The notes beneath the pieces are model-generated. The model was not told where the DNA came from, made no database searches, and saw nothing but the letters and a program-made list of their open reading frames with translations. From the NCBI GenBank assembly GCA_965178125.1, contig OZ237774.1:434001-498000 (forward strand): a DNA stretch of 64,000 bases, given 5' to 3'. The stretch comes from Bilabrum cf. latius (lineage: Eukaryota). The first letter of the stretch is position 1. The number at the start of each line of letters is the position of its first letter. Of the stretch, positions 50,949-62,400 are shown piece after piece. A program made the translations under genes and the position numbers.

Positions 50949-52229
50949 TCATTTCCCGTGCATGGGATTCTCCGTGCCCTTCATCTCCAGGCCTCCATCC
51001 GCGGGCGATGGGGCGGGAGCTGAGGCAAACAGACCCCCGGCTGCATTCTTCTGTTTCTCCATCTCCCTGTACTTCTCCGGGTCCTCTCTTCGGAGCCTCT
51101 CCTCCTCGTCTTCAGGGATGCAGCCGGTGGCGAGGCCGATCGTGGTGCACATGCCCAGGTTGGAATTGTCGCCCGGCTGATTGCAGCACCGGCACAGCCC
51201 GAAGACGAAGAACAGCACCACCACCACCAGGAACATGAAGGTCGATCCCACTGCGATCAGCACGATCGTAGTTCCGGTATCCAGGATGCACTGGTTGTAG
51301 AAGAGCTTGCTGTTGGGGCAGGCAACCTTGGCCGTGACGTTGTCGCTGCCGTAATTCGTCTCGTTCGCCATCGTGGGCGTCTTGATCTGCCCGAAGGTCC
51401 CGTGCCAGCAGAAGGGCTGCCCGCTGAGGTCCTGGTAGGCCCAGAAGCTCCTCACCACGATGGTCGAGGAGTTGCCGACGCCCGGCTGCACGATCTCGGT
51501 CTTGTTCTCGCCGCTGACGAAGGAGCCGCCGTCGCCCTGCTCGCAGTACACGGCAAAGTCCTCTTCGGCGGCGGTGCATGCCTGCAATGAGGGCTTGGAA
51601 GGTTAGAATGGGGCAAGCGGGCGTGGCATTGCATGCACGAGCGAGACACTGCCGTCCGACGCGCCGAGTTCAGGGCAGCTGGTCCTGGTGCACAGTGATG
51701 AGAAACAGCTGAGTACGTTGTCATTTATCTCACCTCGCATTCCAAGCTAACCATCTGCGCGGGTGATGGGGAAACGAAAACCAACACAGAATGCGCGAAA
51801 CGTCTACAAAGCGTTACATCCCACGATGCTGGACGGAACCGGAAGCACCCAGGGCCATTATCGCAATGATTAATGGGCTCGATTCAGAACCGAGTGCTTG
51901 GATGGCCGAGGCAATCGCGGACTAGTAGGAGCGCGAGACCAGCCGCCGCGGGTCCGCCAGCGAGATGCGCACTGCTTTCATCCCAGCCAATCGCGTCTCT
52001 TCAGGAGCGAGACCCATGATGAAATTCTTTCATCATCAATTGTTTATTTTTTCGAGGCAACATGCGAAAGTCCTGGCCAAAATGCACCGAAGCACTGCAT
52101 ACGAACGGCAAGCCAGCCGTGGTTTCCTCCAAACCTCACTTGAAAGATCGTAGTAATGTTCTCCCTCTCGAGCTCAGCAAATGCAGAATGGGCAAGCAAA
52201 CATGCTGCGATCACAGCGACGTAGCTCAT
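50949..52229 (-). CDS. Cys-rich type-I membrane protein; exons 52229-52140, 51754-51734, 51581-50949
   Basis: Signal-peptide exon, a 21-nt micro-exon with consensus splice sites, and one TM helix near the C-terminus. Confidence 0.6.
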
Positions 52230-52581
52230 GGTCAAGATACTGCTGCAGACGCACTTCCCGTGTAGGTCGGTCGACGTCGCTTGCGACCAACCGCCGGTCG
52301 CAACTTGTTGAACCGGCCAGGGGAGCTGTCGACACCTGTGTGGCATGCTTCTGCGGCCTATATTTCACAACTAGGCACAAACATGCGTCAGATGCTTACC
52401 CTTTATCATAGCATGCTCAGTTCTTGTTGCGAGGAAGCCTCAGTGTAACGGTGGCTGCTGAGAGGTTGTCTCAACGTGTCCAGCACCAGCACGCCAGCTC
52501 CATGGCTGCCTCACGCAGTCGGGGGTAGACTCTTCGAAACGTTTCGCATCTTTCATCATCAACACATGCATCACGCATCAC

Positions 52582-55500
52582 TCACTCGTCACTGTCCTCT
52601 TCTGCCGCCATGAGTCCGGGCAGCCCCGGAATGCTCTGCATCGACACCTGATGCTCCCGAAGCAAAGCGGCGCGGTCACGGGACCTGTCCCTTGCCCCCT
52701 CCTCCTCCTCCTCCTCGTCCTCGAATCCGGCATCGTCCGCCTGGCCCCAGGCCACGTCATCGATCCCCTCGGGGGCGCCGCCCGCGCCGGTCGCATCGCG
52801 CGGCGCCGGCTCCCCAGCGGAACCTCCAGAACGCTCCGAGCTGGTTCTGGCCCGACCTGCGGAACCGCCCTATTTTCTGCGCGGCGCCGCTCCCGACCCC
52901 TTGCGCCGGGCCACGGGACCTGCACCACCCTGCACTGCAACCTCCCCTCCCCCCGCGACGTTCGCTTTGTTCCCTGGAGTCGTCTTGGCCTCCAGCTCCA
53001 GGATTCGATCCCGCACCGACAGCACCCTCGCAGCCTGGCTCAGCATCACCGGCTCTTTCCCATTCCCATTCCCATTCCCATTCCCATTCCCATTCCCATT
53101 CCCATTCCCACTGCCGGTGCCGCTGCCGCCACCGCTTGTGCTGGATTCGGTGCCAGCACCTGCGCCGCTCCCCTGCCCCTGGGTCTCTGTCTCGCTGGGG
53201 GGGGGCAGGATGGGTCCGGCGCCCACCACCCGGGGGCCCCCCCCACCCGGTTGCAACCGCCTCCCCCCGGCGGCACCGCCCTCCACGCTGCTGTCATCGT
53301 CATCCACATCATCCAGGCCAGCGCTGGCACCGCCCACCTGCCCGCCCCGCCCCTTGTTCCCTGGTTCCTTGTTCCCTGGGACCCTCCCACTCGCACTCGC
53401 ACTCGCGGGGATCGGCACGGGCGCCTTGGCCGAAGACGACCTTCGCTTGGGGCCGCGAGGGGGCGGCTTGCGCTCCGAAGCGGTCGAGTTCGTGAGGGGG
53501 GCGGCACTCGTCACACCATTCCCACCGGGGGAATCCCTCTCGACCCCTCGGAAACCCCCAGGTGGGGACGGCTGCGCGGACGAATCCCCCCCCTCCCCCC
53601 CGGCATCACCCCCCACCGCCCTGGGCTTGCCCACAGGGGTGTCGAGGGCCCGGAGCTCGCTGGCGGGAGGCTGTCGCTGCCTGTGCTTCTTCCACTTGTC
53701 GCTGGGAAGAAGACGGGCGAGGGGGTCGGGAAGCTCCTCCACGCGGCGCCGCACCCGGTTCCGCACGGTCCGAGACACGGCCTGCGCGCCCGCCAGCAGC
53801 CCAAGGCCCTCCCCCTCCTCCTCGGAGCCGGGGACGGGGCCCTGGAGCGCACTCGTCACACTGGGCTCCAGCAACAGCTGCGTGGCCTCCGTCCCCTGCT
53901 CCAACGCCTCCCGCCACTGGCCGTCCCGTGTCGCCAGCGCGCCCGCAGCCATGTTCCGCGCCTGCTCAACGGACACTAGGCCGTCCCCCTCCGACGAGAC
54001 GTCGGCACCGGCACCGCCGTGCAGTGCACTCTTCCTTGCCTCCTCGATCGCACTCGTCACACCCTGCGCCAGGCTCCCGATCCCCGCCCGCGCCTCCGCC
54101 AGCGCCCCCTCCATGGCCGCCGACCGGAGCTCCGCGGCGTCCGCGTCCGATCGCGATGCCCGCCCCGCCTCCCGCTCCGCCTCGAGAGCCGCCTGCAGCG
54201 CGGACACCTCCCCCTTCGCCTGCAGCGCCTGAAGCGCCACCGAACGTTCCCTGGCCTCCGACGCCCGCAGGCGTGACACGGCCTCCGACAGGCTCGAGGG
54301 AGTGCCCGTCGCACTCGTCACACCTCCCTAATTGCCGCCCTGCCGCACCGCCCTCTTGGAGGCACGGCGAGATGCCGCCTCCACCAGCGCCTCCGGGGAG
54401 AGCCCCTGGGCCGCTCCCCTGACCGCTTCGAGGGCGAGCGTGAGAGTGTCCGCGGGTGCACTGCCTTGCGCCGCCTTCCCTTGTTCCCTGGCCCGCGCGA
54501 GCTCCTCCTTCGCCCTCCTGTGTTCCCTACGAACCTTCAGCAGCTTCCTCCTCAACCTGTCGGCGTACCCCTTCATCCCCCTGGCGGCCTCAGCCTGCGC
54601 CTGCATCACCAGCCAGGCCTGCTGCACCCCCTCACCCAGGGAGGACAGGGCGGCCAGCTCGGAGGGGCCCAGCCGAGGGGGGTCCTGCCAGGACACGGCC
54701 CTCAGCGAACGTTCCTCCCGAGAGAACCCGCTGTCCTCCTCCTCCTCGTCATCCTGCCCCCCCTCGCCCTAGCTCGCCTGCTCCTCCCGGCGGAGAACAG
54801 CTGTCCTATCTTCATCTTCATGCGAGCGGGGTACATCCCCACCGCCCTTGCCCAGATCAGGCCCTGCACTACCGCCCGTTTCTTCCTCTTCCTCTTCCTC
54901 TTCGTCCTCGCTCTCGCTGTCACTTGCCACCACGAGCGGACCCCCGCGGCGGGGGGCCAGCTGCAGGCCCGCACTCGTCACACCGCCTGCAGCCGGACGC
55001 TGGTCCCGCCCCTGCCCCTGCTGCTCTTCTTTCTCCTCCTCGTGCATCGCCAGCGCTGCCGCCATCACCGCATCTCTGCTGTCAGCGACAGTGCCATCTC
55101 CATCACCCCCTGCCCCGCTGCCGGACCCAGGCCCAGGCCCAGAGACCACCATGCTAGACCCAGAGCCGGCCGCAGTGGCAGCAGCCGCCCCGGCCTCGGT
55201 CCCCCCCGCTGCCTCGCCGCCCTAGACCCCACCCCCCTGGTAGGACTCGGGCACGCCCTTGCCGCTGAGCATCTTCTGCGTGGCGGCAGCGTTCAGCAAC
55301 CGCTCCTGCTCATCGTGCATGCTCGCCTCGCGTGCCAGGGCGATTTGGGCCGCTTCTGCATCCTGCGCCGCCTTCTCGTCCTCAGCTGCTAGGGGACCGA
55401 GCGCGGCCGGGCGAGCACCATCGGAGCCATCGGGGAGCTCTGCCGACTCGGGGACCATTTCCAGCCAGGCATTCGTCTCCTCCTTGGATTCCCCGTAGAA

Positions 55501-55824
55501 ATAAAAATAGCGCCCCGCCTTGGTTTCTATCTCCAGCACGACTGGCTTGCCGTCCGCCGTGAAGCGCGAGGTCAGTTGCATCATGGCCCCGTCGAGCGAT
55601 AGGATGCCCTTGGGTTCCTTGGAAACCGGGGACTCGAAGTAGTACATAAGGTATCCGGCTAAAACGCACCAGCGCCGCTGCCACGAACCCACCCAGCTAT
55701 TCTCCGATCGCTTGAGCAGCCAGCCCTTGCGGATCGCGTCCGCAGCCACGTCCTCCGCACCAGCCACATCATATGGCTCAATGCCTTCCTTCGCCTCATC
55801 AGGTCTCAAATTACGCACTGCCAT
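52582..55824 (-). CDS. PH-domain coiled-coil protein, 1080 aa
   Basis: IRKGWLLKRS...WQRRWCVL...PKGILSL...ETNAW PH domain. Same-frame ORFs joined by TAGs to TGA52582; (GN)n microsatellite at about 53058-53110. Confidence 0.8.
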
Positions 55825-56411
55825 TCCGAAACGCGGAATTCAATAGTATTGGCGAGCCAAGTGAATTCAAGATCCCCGCAGTTTCCTTTGCACGAGCCCA
55901 GTTGGGTGATTTGATATACGCAAACTACACCGTACATTTCCGCGAAGCATGCAAGCTGCTTTTTCGCTATTTGCGCGAGGCAGCATAGATATCTGAAGCT
56001 CTCCTGGCTTCTAGGTGTTTTGTGTGCAAGTGTGAGCTGGTGCATTTTAAAATATTCCATGGAAACTCGGGGAGGTTTGATTTGTACTCTGCGCAGTCGC
56101 TTCCAGTCCGATCGATGCGAGTGTTGCTCGTTTCAGTCGGCGCATGACGTGTTTAAAGCTGTCGAGTCGTACAGCTTAGACTTTATTGTACATGCTCTGC
56201 ATTCCGCGGTTACTCAAGTACTGCGTACCGCGTGGTTTGACTGAGTCCTCCGGCCGGCTCCGCCCCGGGCACTTGATTGCCTCTATCGTTGATTCCAGCG
56301 TTACGCAGTGACAATACGCGAACTATCACATCATCATATTCTCATTTCCATCACAGGATCGGTACGCTCAATTGAAAGCACCTGCACCGGTTGAAATCGA
56401 ACGCGCACCAC

Positions 56412-59400
56412 ATGTCGTCCAGACGTCGCGATGAGGATGCAGACCAGGAAGTTGACGCCGATGCGCTGCTGACGAGTGCGGAGGCGCAAGACGACGAGGC
56501 CACGCTGGAGGAGGAGGAGAGGCATGGCGTGGACGAGGGCGTGCTGACGGGGCAGGAGGAGGAGGCGGCGCTGGCAGCCGAGGCCGACATGCCGCTGGAG
56601 CAGCTGATGGCCATGTACGCCATGCAGCGGGGAGACGATGAGGAGAAAGATGGCGAGATGGAGTAGGGTGGGGATGGGGGTGAGTAGGCAGGAGCGGGTG
56701 GGAACGGCAAGCAAGCTAAAGAAGCAGCTGGCAGCGATTCATCATCGACCCCAACCGAACCAACTGCTACGTAGTCGAGCCAGGATCAGGCCAAAGTCCG
56801 GGACTCAGCTGGCATGAGTAGAACATCAGCAGGTGCATCGCACGGTGGTGCTTCCATGGCCCCACCGCCAGTTGCTATCCCGGCATCGAACCCCGGACCC
56901 GGCTCCTCCCAGTCCCCGTCTCGGTCCCCCGGACGGCGCCGCGCAAGACTAGGTTCCGCAGGGTCCTCGGACCCCGCTACCCCAAGGGGTTCGTTCCCCG
57001 CCATGTCCCCCCCGCCCACCCCCACGGTGGGGTTGCCCTCCCCCGTGGTCCGGGTGAGGGCACCCCCCACCATGACTGTCGCGCAGCAGAATGCGCGGCG
57101 CCGATAGCTGCGGAACCGGAGGGAGGGATGGGCCAGGCGCGCCACGCTGGCCCAGCTGGATGCGCGGCGCGCTGGACTGACGGCGCGGCTGGGGCGGCTG
57201 TGGGTGGGGGAGGCCAGCGGCTGGCGGTGGGGGCTGGATGGGGAGTGCGGGGCGCGGGCGGGGGCGGGAGTGGGAGTGGGAGTTGGAGTTGCCTCGGGGG
57301 ATGGATCCAGTTCCGGTGATGGCATGGTCGATTACGATAGCAATAGTGATGGCAATGGGGATGGCAAAGGGGGTGATGACGGGACGGGGATGAATGGCCC
57401 GAGCTTGCCGGGTGCGATTATGGGTGCACTGCACGGGAGTGCAGAGGTAATGTGGGTGGATCTGCCGTCGAGCACCGCGAGTGCATTGCATGGTGGTGCG
57501 ACCCGCGGGCTGGCGTACTCCGATGATCTAGCGGGGGGTGATGTAACCCAGGGGGATTCCCCTGGCATTTTGGGGACATCGCCAGGTGCACCCCCCAAGC
57601 GAGGGGGGCGTGGCCGTGGGACAAGAGGTCGCAGCAGGGGCAGGGGTCGTGGCAGGGGGAGGGGCAGGGGCAGGGGTCGCGCAGGGGCATCGAACGGTGG
57701 TGCCGGTGGCCCAGCTGGGATTGGTGCTGGTGGTAACACGACTAGCAGCAGCAGCAGCGGTGGTGGTGCTGGTAGTGGTGCCAGCGGATTGCCGTCCTCT
57801 GCTGATTGGGGCCAGTTCGGGCTGAGGCTGGGCACCTCTCTTGTTCCCTGGGGCTGGTCCGTGCCGAGATAGGTGCTGGGGACAGAGCGGGCGGAGGCAG
57901 CTGCCGCGGGATAGGTTGAGGGTGTGACGAGTGTGATGAGCGGGTCGGAGCGGGAACGGGCAGCTGCGCTGGCCGAGGTTGCCTCCCACTCGTCACACCT
58001 TCCCCTGCTGCCGCCGCACCCCGCGCTGGACGACAGGGACACGGCTCCCTGGGCTGCCGCCGGGGCGGTGGAGAGCCTGCTGGCGGTGGCGCAGTCAACG
58101 GACACATGGGGGGATGGTCGGCCAACGGACAGCGGCATGACAGATGGTGATTCCGGTGGGGCTGTGGTCCAGGGAACAAGGGACCGGTCGTCCTCGTCGG
58201 TGCCGACAGCTGTGGGAAGGGGCTAGAGGCGGGCAGCGGCCGAGGCGATCGTGCGGGTGGCGACGGAGGCGTTGCGGGCTGGTGCACTGCACGGTGGTGC
58301 TAGTGGGAAAGGCGCCGCACGTGTCGCGGGGGGTCGGGGAGTCGCTGGTGCTGCTGGTGGGAAGCGGCGGAAGGTGGAATTGGGTGCATTGCACGGTGGT
58401 GCAACCACGCCCACGTTGCCGGACCTGCCGCAAGGACTGGTATCCGCCTGGGCATTCGCCTCCGGACTTGCCAGGGTGCAACGCACTGCAGCGGATGAAG
58501 CAGAAGCTCGCGGCGAAGGAGCTTCACGGGTCCAGGCACCGATGGAGGGGGGCGCCGCGCACTCGGTTCCGCTGGAGTACACCGCCGCGGCCGCGCTGAC
58601 AGCCCAGGCGTGGGAGCAGAGCAAGACCGCCGGGTCCGGTTCCGCAGCGCGCGGCGCCGGCGTGGACGTCAGGGCGGAGTTCCACGCAGTCGCCGGGGTG
58701 CAGGGGCAGGGCACGATGCTGGAGGCGGCGCCGCTCGACTCCTCGCTGGGGCAGGGTGCAGCGCATTGGGGTGCGGGTCCGGGGGCGATGGTCAGCAGGA
58801 ACGGCTCTGTGGCTGGCAGCGGGGGAGATGCCATGGATGACGGGGGTCACGGTGGAGCGGCCTCTGTGCTCGGCATGGGCAGCGGGCTCGCATCCATCGA
58901 GGTAGTTGGAGCGGGAGCGGGGTCAGCTGGGGGTGCGGTATTGGAGGGCGCATCCAGGGGGAAGGGAGGCGGCAGAAGCACGACCAACACTCTCCCGCTT
59001 GGGGTGCGGGTGTGGGGCAAGAGCGCGGGCCCGGCCTGGGCCGATGCAGCCGTGGCGGGCGTGGTGGCCAAAGTGGAGTCTATGCAAGAGACTGACGCTA
59101 GCACTCCTGGGTCTCGTTCCCGGGATGATTCGGGCTCCACCCTCATGGCCTCTCGCCTCAAGAAGCTCACAACGGGTCCAGAGCCGCCCAAAGTCCTCGT
59201 GTCGGGGCGGGTGGCCACGCGAGCGGCCGCGCTGGCAGAGCGTGCGTGGGGGTTTCTGCGGCGGGAGCTGGCCGGTGCAGGGGAGGCCCGGCCTGACGCA
59301 GACGAGGGCGTGCTGGACGCGCTTGCAGTGCCCCCCGCGGCGCCGCGCGAGAGCGGAACCTCCTCCCAGGACGTGCACTGGGACTTTGTGCTCAAGGAGG

Positions 59401-62400
59401 GCGGCTGGATGGCGGAGGATTTCAGGGCCGAGCGGGCCAGGCTGAGGAAGAGGAGGAAGGCGATCGTGGCCGCCGTGAAGAAGTACCACTCCAAGCAGCA
59501 GGCGCGGGCCATCGAGGTGCGTAGGAGGAACGAGCAGAGGAGGAGAAGGCGGGCGGGGGCCATCGCGGGGCACGTGGCCCGGTGGTGGCGGTCCGTGGAT
59601 CGACTCATCGTGTACAAGCACGAGTCCAGGCTGGATGCACTTAGGCGAGATGCGCTCGAGAGGAGGCTGGATCGGCTGGTGGCGGAGACGAAGGGGTACA
59701 CGACGGACTTGGCGGGGGGGGTGGGGGTATCGGAGGGGGGGGACCCGCAGGGTGGGGGCAAGAGGTCGGGGGTGTCCAGCGCGGAAGCCGCTGCCTCAGC
59801 GGCGGCGAGTGATTCCGTGGTTGCAACCGCATCCCGGGACACAGGTGAAGAATCAGCTAGCCGCCCAAGGGGGCGGGGTGTGGGTGGCATCGAGGTGGGG
59901 CATGATCGTGTGAATCGGGGGGACAAGAGCAAGGGGAAGGGCAGGGACGACAACGATGCTGAGGTGGACGCCGACGCGCTGCTGACGAGTGCGGAGGCGC
60001 AAGACGACGAGGCCACGCTAGAGGAGGAGGAGAGGCATGGCGTGGACGAGGGCGTGCTGACGGGGCAGGAGGAGGAGGCGGCGCTGGCAGCCGAGGCCGA
60101 CATGCCGCTGGAGCAGCTGATGGCCATGTACGCCATGCAGCGGGGAGACGATGAGGAGAAAGAGGGGAACTAGGGTGATGAGGATGGCCAGAGTGGGAAG
60201 GTGGACAAACTGGGAGTCGCCCGCGGGTCCCGCAAGAGCAAGCGCAAGCAGAGCCAGGCAAGTATGCAGGACGATGAGGGCGAGGGCGAAGAGGAAGATG
60301 AATAGGAGGTGGTGGAAGTCAGCGCAGGAAATTCTCCTGCCGATGGTGGGGCCAAAGCAGCACCATCAACAGCACCAGCACCTGGCACCGCCTCTGCTGC
60401 TGAGGCACGTGCATCCGCAAGACCAACCAGGGGCAGTCAGAAACAGGCAGCCAAGCAAAAGGCTGATAGTGATGGTGATGAGGACGACGACGACGATGAA
60501 GTCGATGAGGGCGCCTTGCTGACGAGTGCAGAGGCACAGGATGACGAGGCCACGCTAGAGGAGGAAGAGAGGCTGGCAGAGCTGGAGAGGAGAGAGAGGA
60601 GGAGGAAGAAGAGGGCAGCCGCCGCTGCGAATGCTTCTTCTTCTTCTGTTTCAGATGGCACAGGAGACAATGCAGGCAGCAATCAAGGGGGGGGTAGCAG
60701 ACGGGCCGCGACCGGGGCGGGGCTGCGGCTGGCTGGGCGCAAGCGCACCCGCTCGGAGGCCGGGGCAGGGGCAGGCGGAACCGGAGCCGTTATTGAGGCT
60801 AGCGGTGCCATTTCCGGCTCCGAGTCAGAGGACGACGAGCTGGCCGTGTTGCAGCGGGACGCCGATCTGCCGCTGGACGAGCTGAGGGCCATGTACGGGG
60901 CCGGTGGAGCGCAAGCAGCCGATGGGCAGGAGGATGCGGGGGTGCAAGGGGGCAATGAGGCGCAGGGCATAGAGGAGGAGAAGGAGGATGAGGATGAGGA
61001 AGAGGAGGAGGACAGGCCACCGGCGAGGAAGAGGAGGAGGAGGGCGGCGGCGAGGGCAGCGGCGGAGTCGCTCAGTAGGGGGGGGTCCCCTGGGGGGGGG
61101 CCTGGGCGGGGGGTGAATTCCCCTGGGGCTGGCGGGGGTGCGACCCCCCCCATGGCGGGGGGAGAGGACCAGGAGGGGGAGGAGAACGACCTTCCCCTGA
61201 TGATTCCCGATTCCGAGTCCCCGTATGCCACCCCCGTGCCTTTTTTGCTGCGGAGAGGGTATCTGCTGAGGAGCTACCAGAGGGAGGGGCTGGACTGGCT
61301 GGCGGGGCTGCACGACAGGGGGCTGAATGGCATCCTGGCCGATGAGATGGGGCTGGGCAAGACACTGCAGACGGTGAGTCTGCTGGCTCACCTCGCCTCG
61401 CATAGGGGGGTGTGGGGCCCGCACCTGATCATCGTGCCCACCAGCACGCTGCTCAACTGGGAGGCCGAGCTCAGGCGCTGGTGTCCCGCACTCAAGGTGG
61501 TGACCTACTACGGATCGGCAAAGGAAAGGAAGGCCAAGAGGGTCGGGTGGGGACACCCCAACGCCTTCCACGCACTCGTCACATCCTACCAGCTGGCCGT
61601 GCAGGACGTGTCGGTCCTCCGCCGGAGGAAGTGGTACTACATGGTGCTGGACGAGGCGCATTTCATCAAGAACTACCAGAGCGCACGATGGCAGGCCCTC
61701 ATGAGCTACAGGAGCCACCGGCGGCTGCTCCTCACCGGCACGCCCCTGCAGAACAACATGGGGGAGCTGTGGGCTCTCCTGCACTTCCTCATGCCTCACC
61801 TGTTCCGGTCCGCCCTCGAGTTCAGGGAGTGGTTCGCGGCTCCGCTGGCACAGCAGGCCAAGCAGCAGGCGGGGCAGTAGGCCGCGGCTGGGGGGGCGAG
61901 TGGTGCCGGCGGGGCTGCAGGGGGGGTGTCCGGTGGGGCGGTGGCCCCCCGGGATCGAGCCCTGGTGAGGCGTCTTCACGCGGTGCTGCGTCCTTTTTTG
62001 CTTCGGCGGCTCAAGTCAGAGGTGGCCAAGCAGCTGCCCGGTAAGTCCGAGGTGGTGGTGGTATGTCCGTTGAGCAGGCGGCAGAGGGGCCTGTATGAGG
62101 AGTTCCTGCAGAGGGCCTCTGTCAGGTCCGTGCTGCTGGGCAAGAAGAAGAAGAAGAAGAAGAAGAAGAAGAGAAGGACCCGAGGGGCGCAGCTGCTCGC
62201 GGGGCCAGGGGATGTCCCCACCCGGGGGTACGCGGGCATGATGTGGGTGCTCATGCAGCTGCGGAAGGTCTGCAACCACCCGGATCTGTTCCTGCCCAGG
62301 CCCGTGTGGTCGCCGCTCACGCCACCCCGTGTGACGATTGAGATGCCGGCAGTGTTGAGGCCACGGGGAGTATCAGCGGTGGGGCTGCGGTGGGGCGGGG

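Noticed and set aside
62142-62171. (AAG)10 and other microsatellites such as (GGAATG)n at ~53058-53110
   Set aside because: Ordinary in-frame slippage giving poly-Lys or Gly-Asn tracts.
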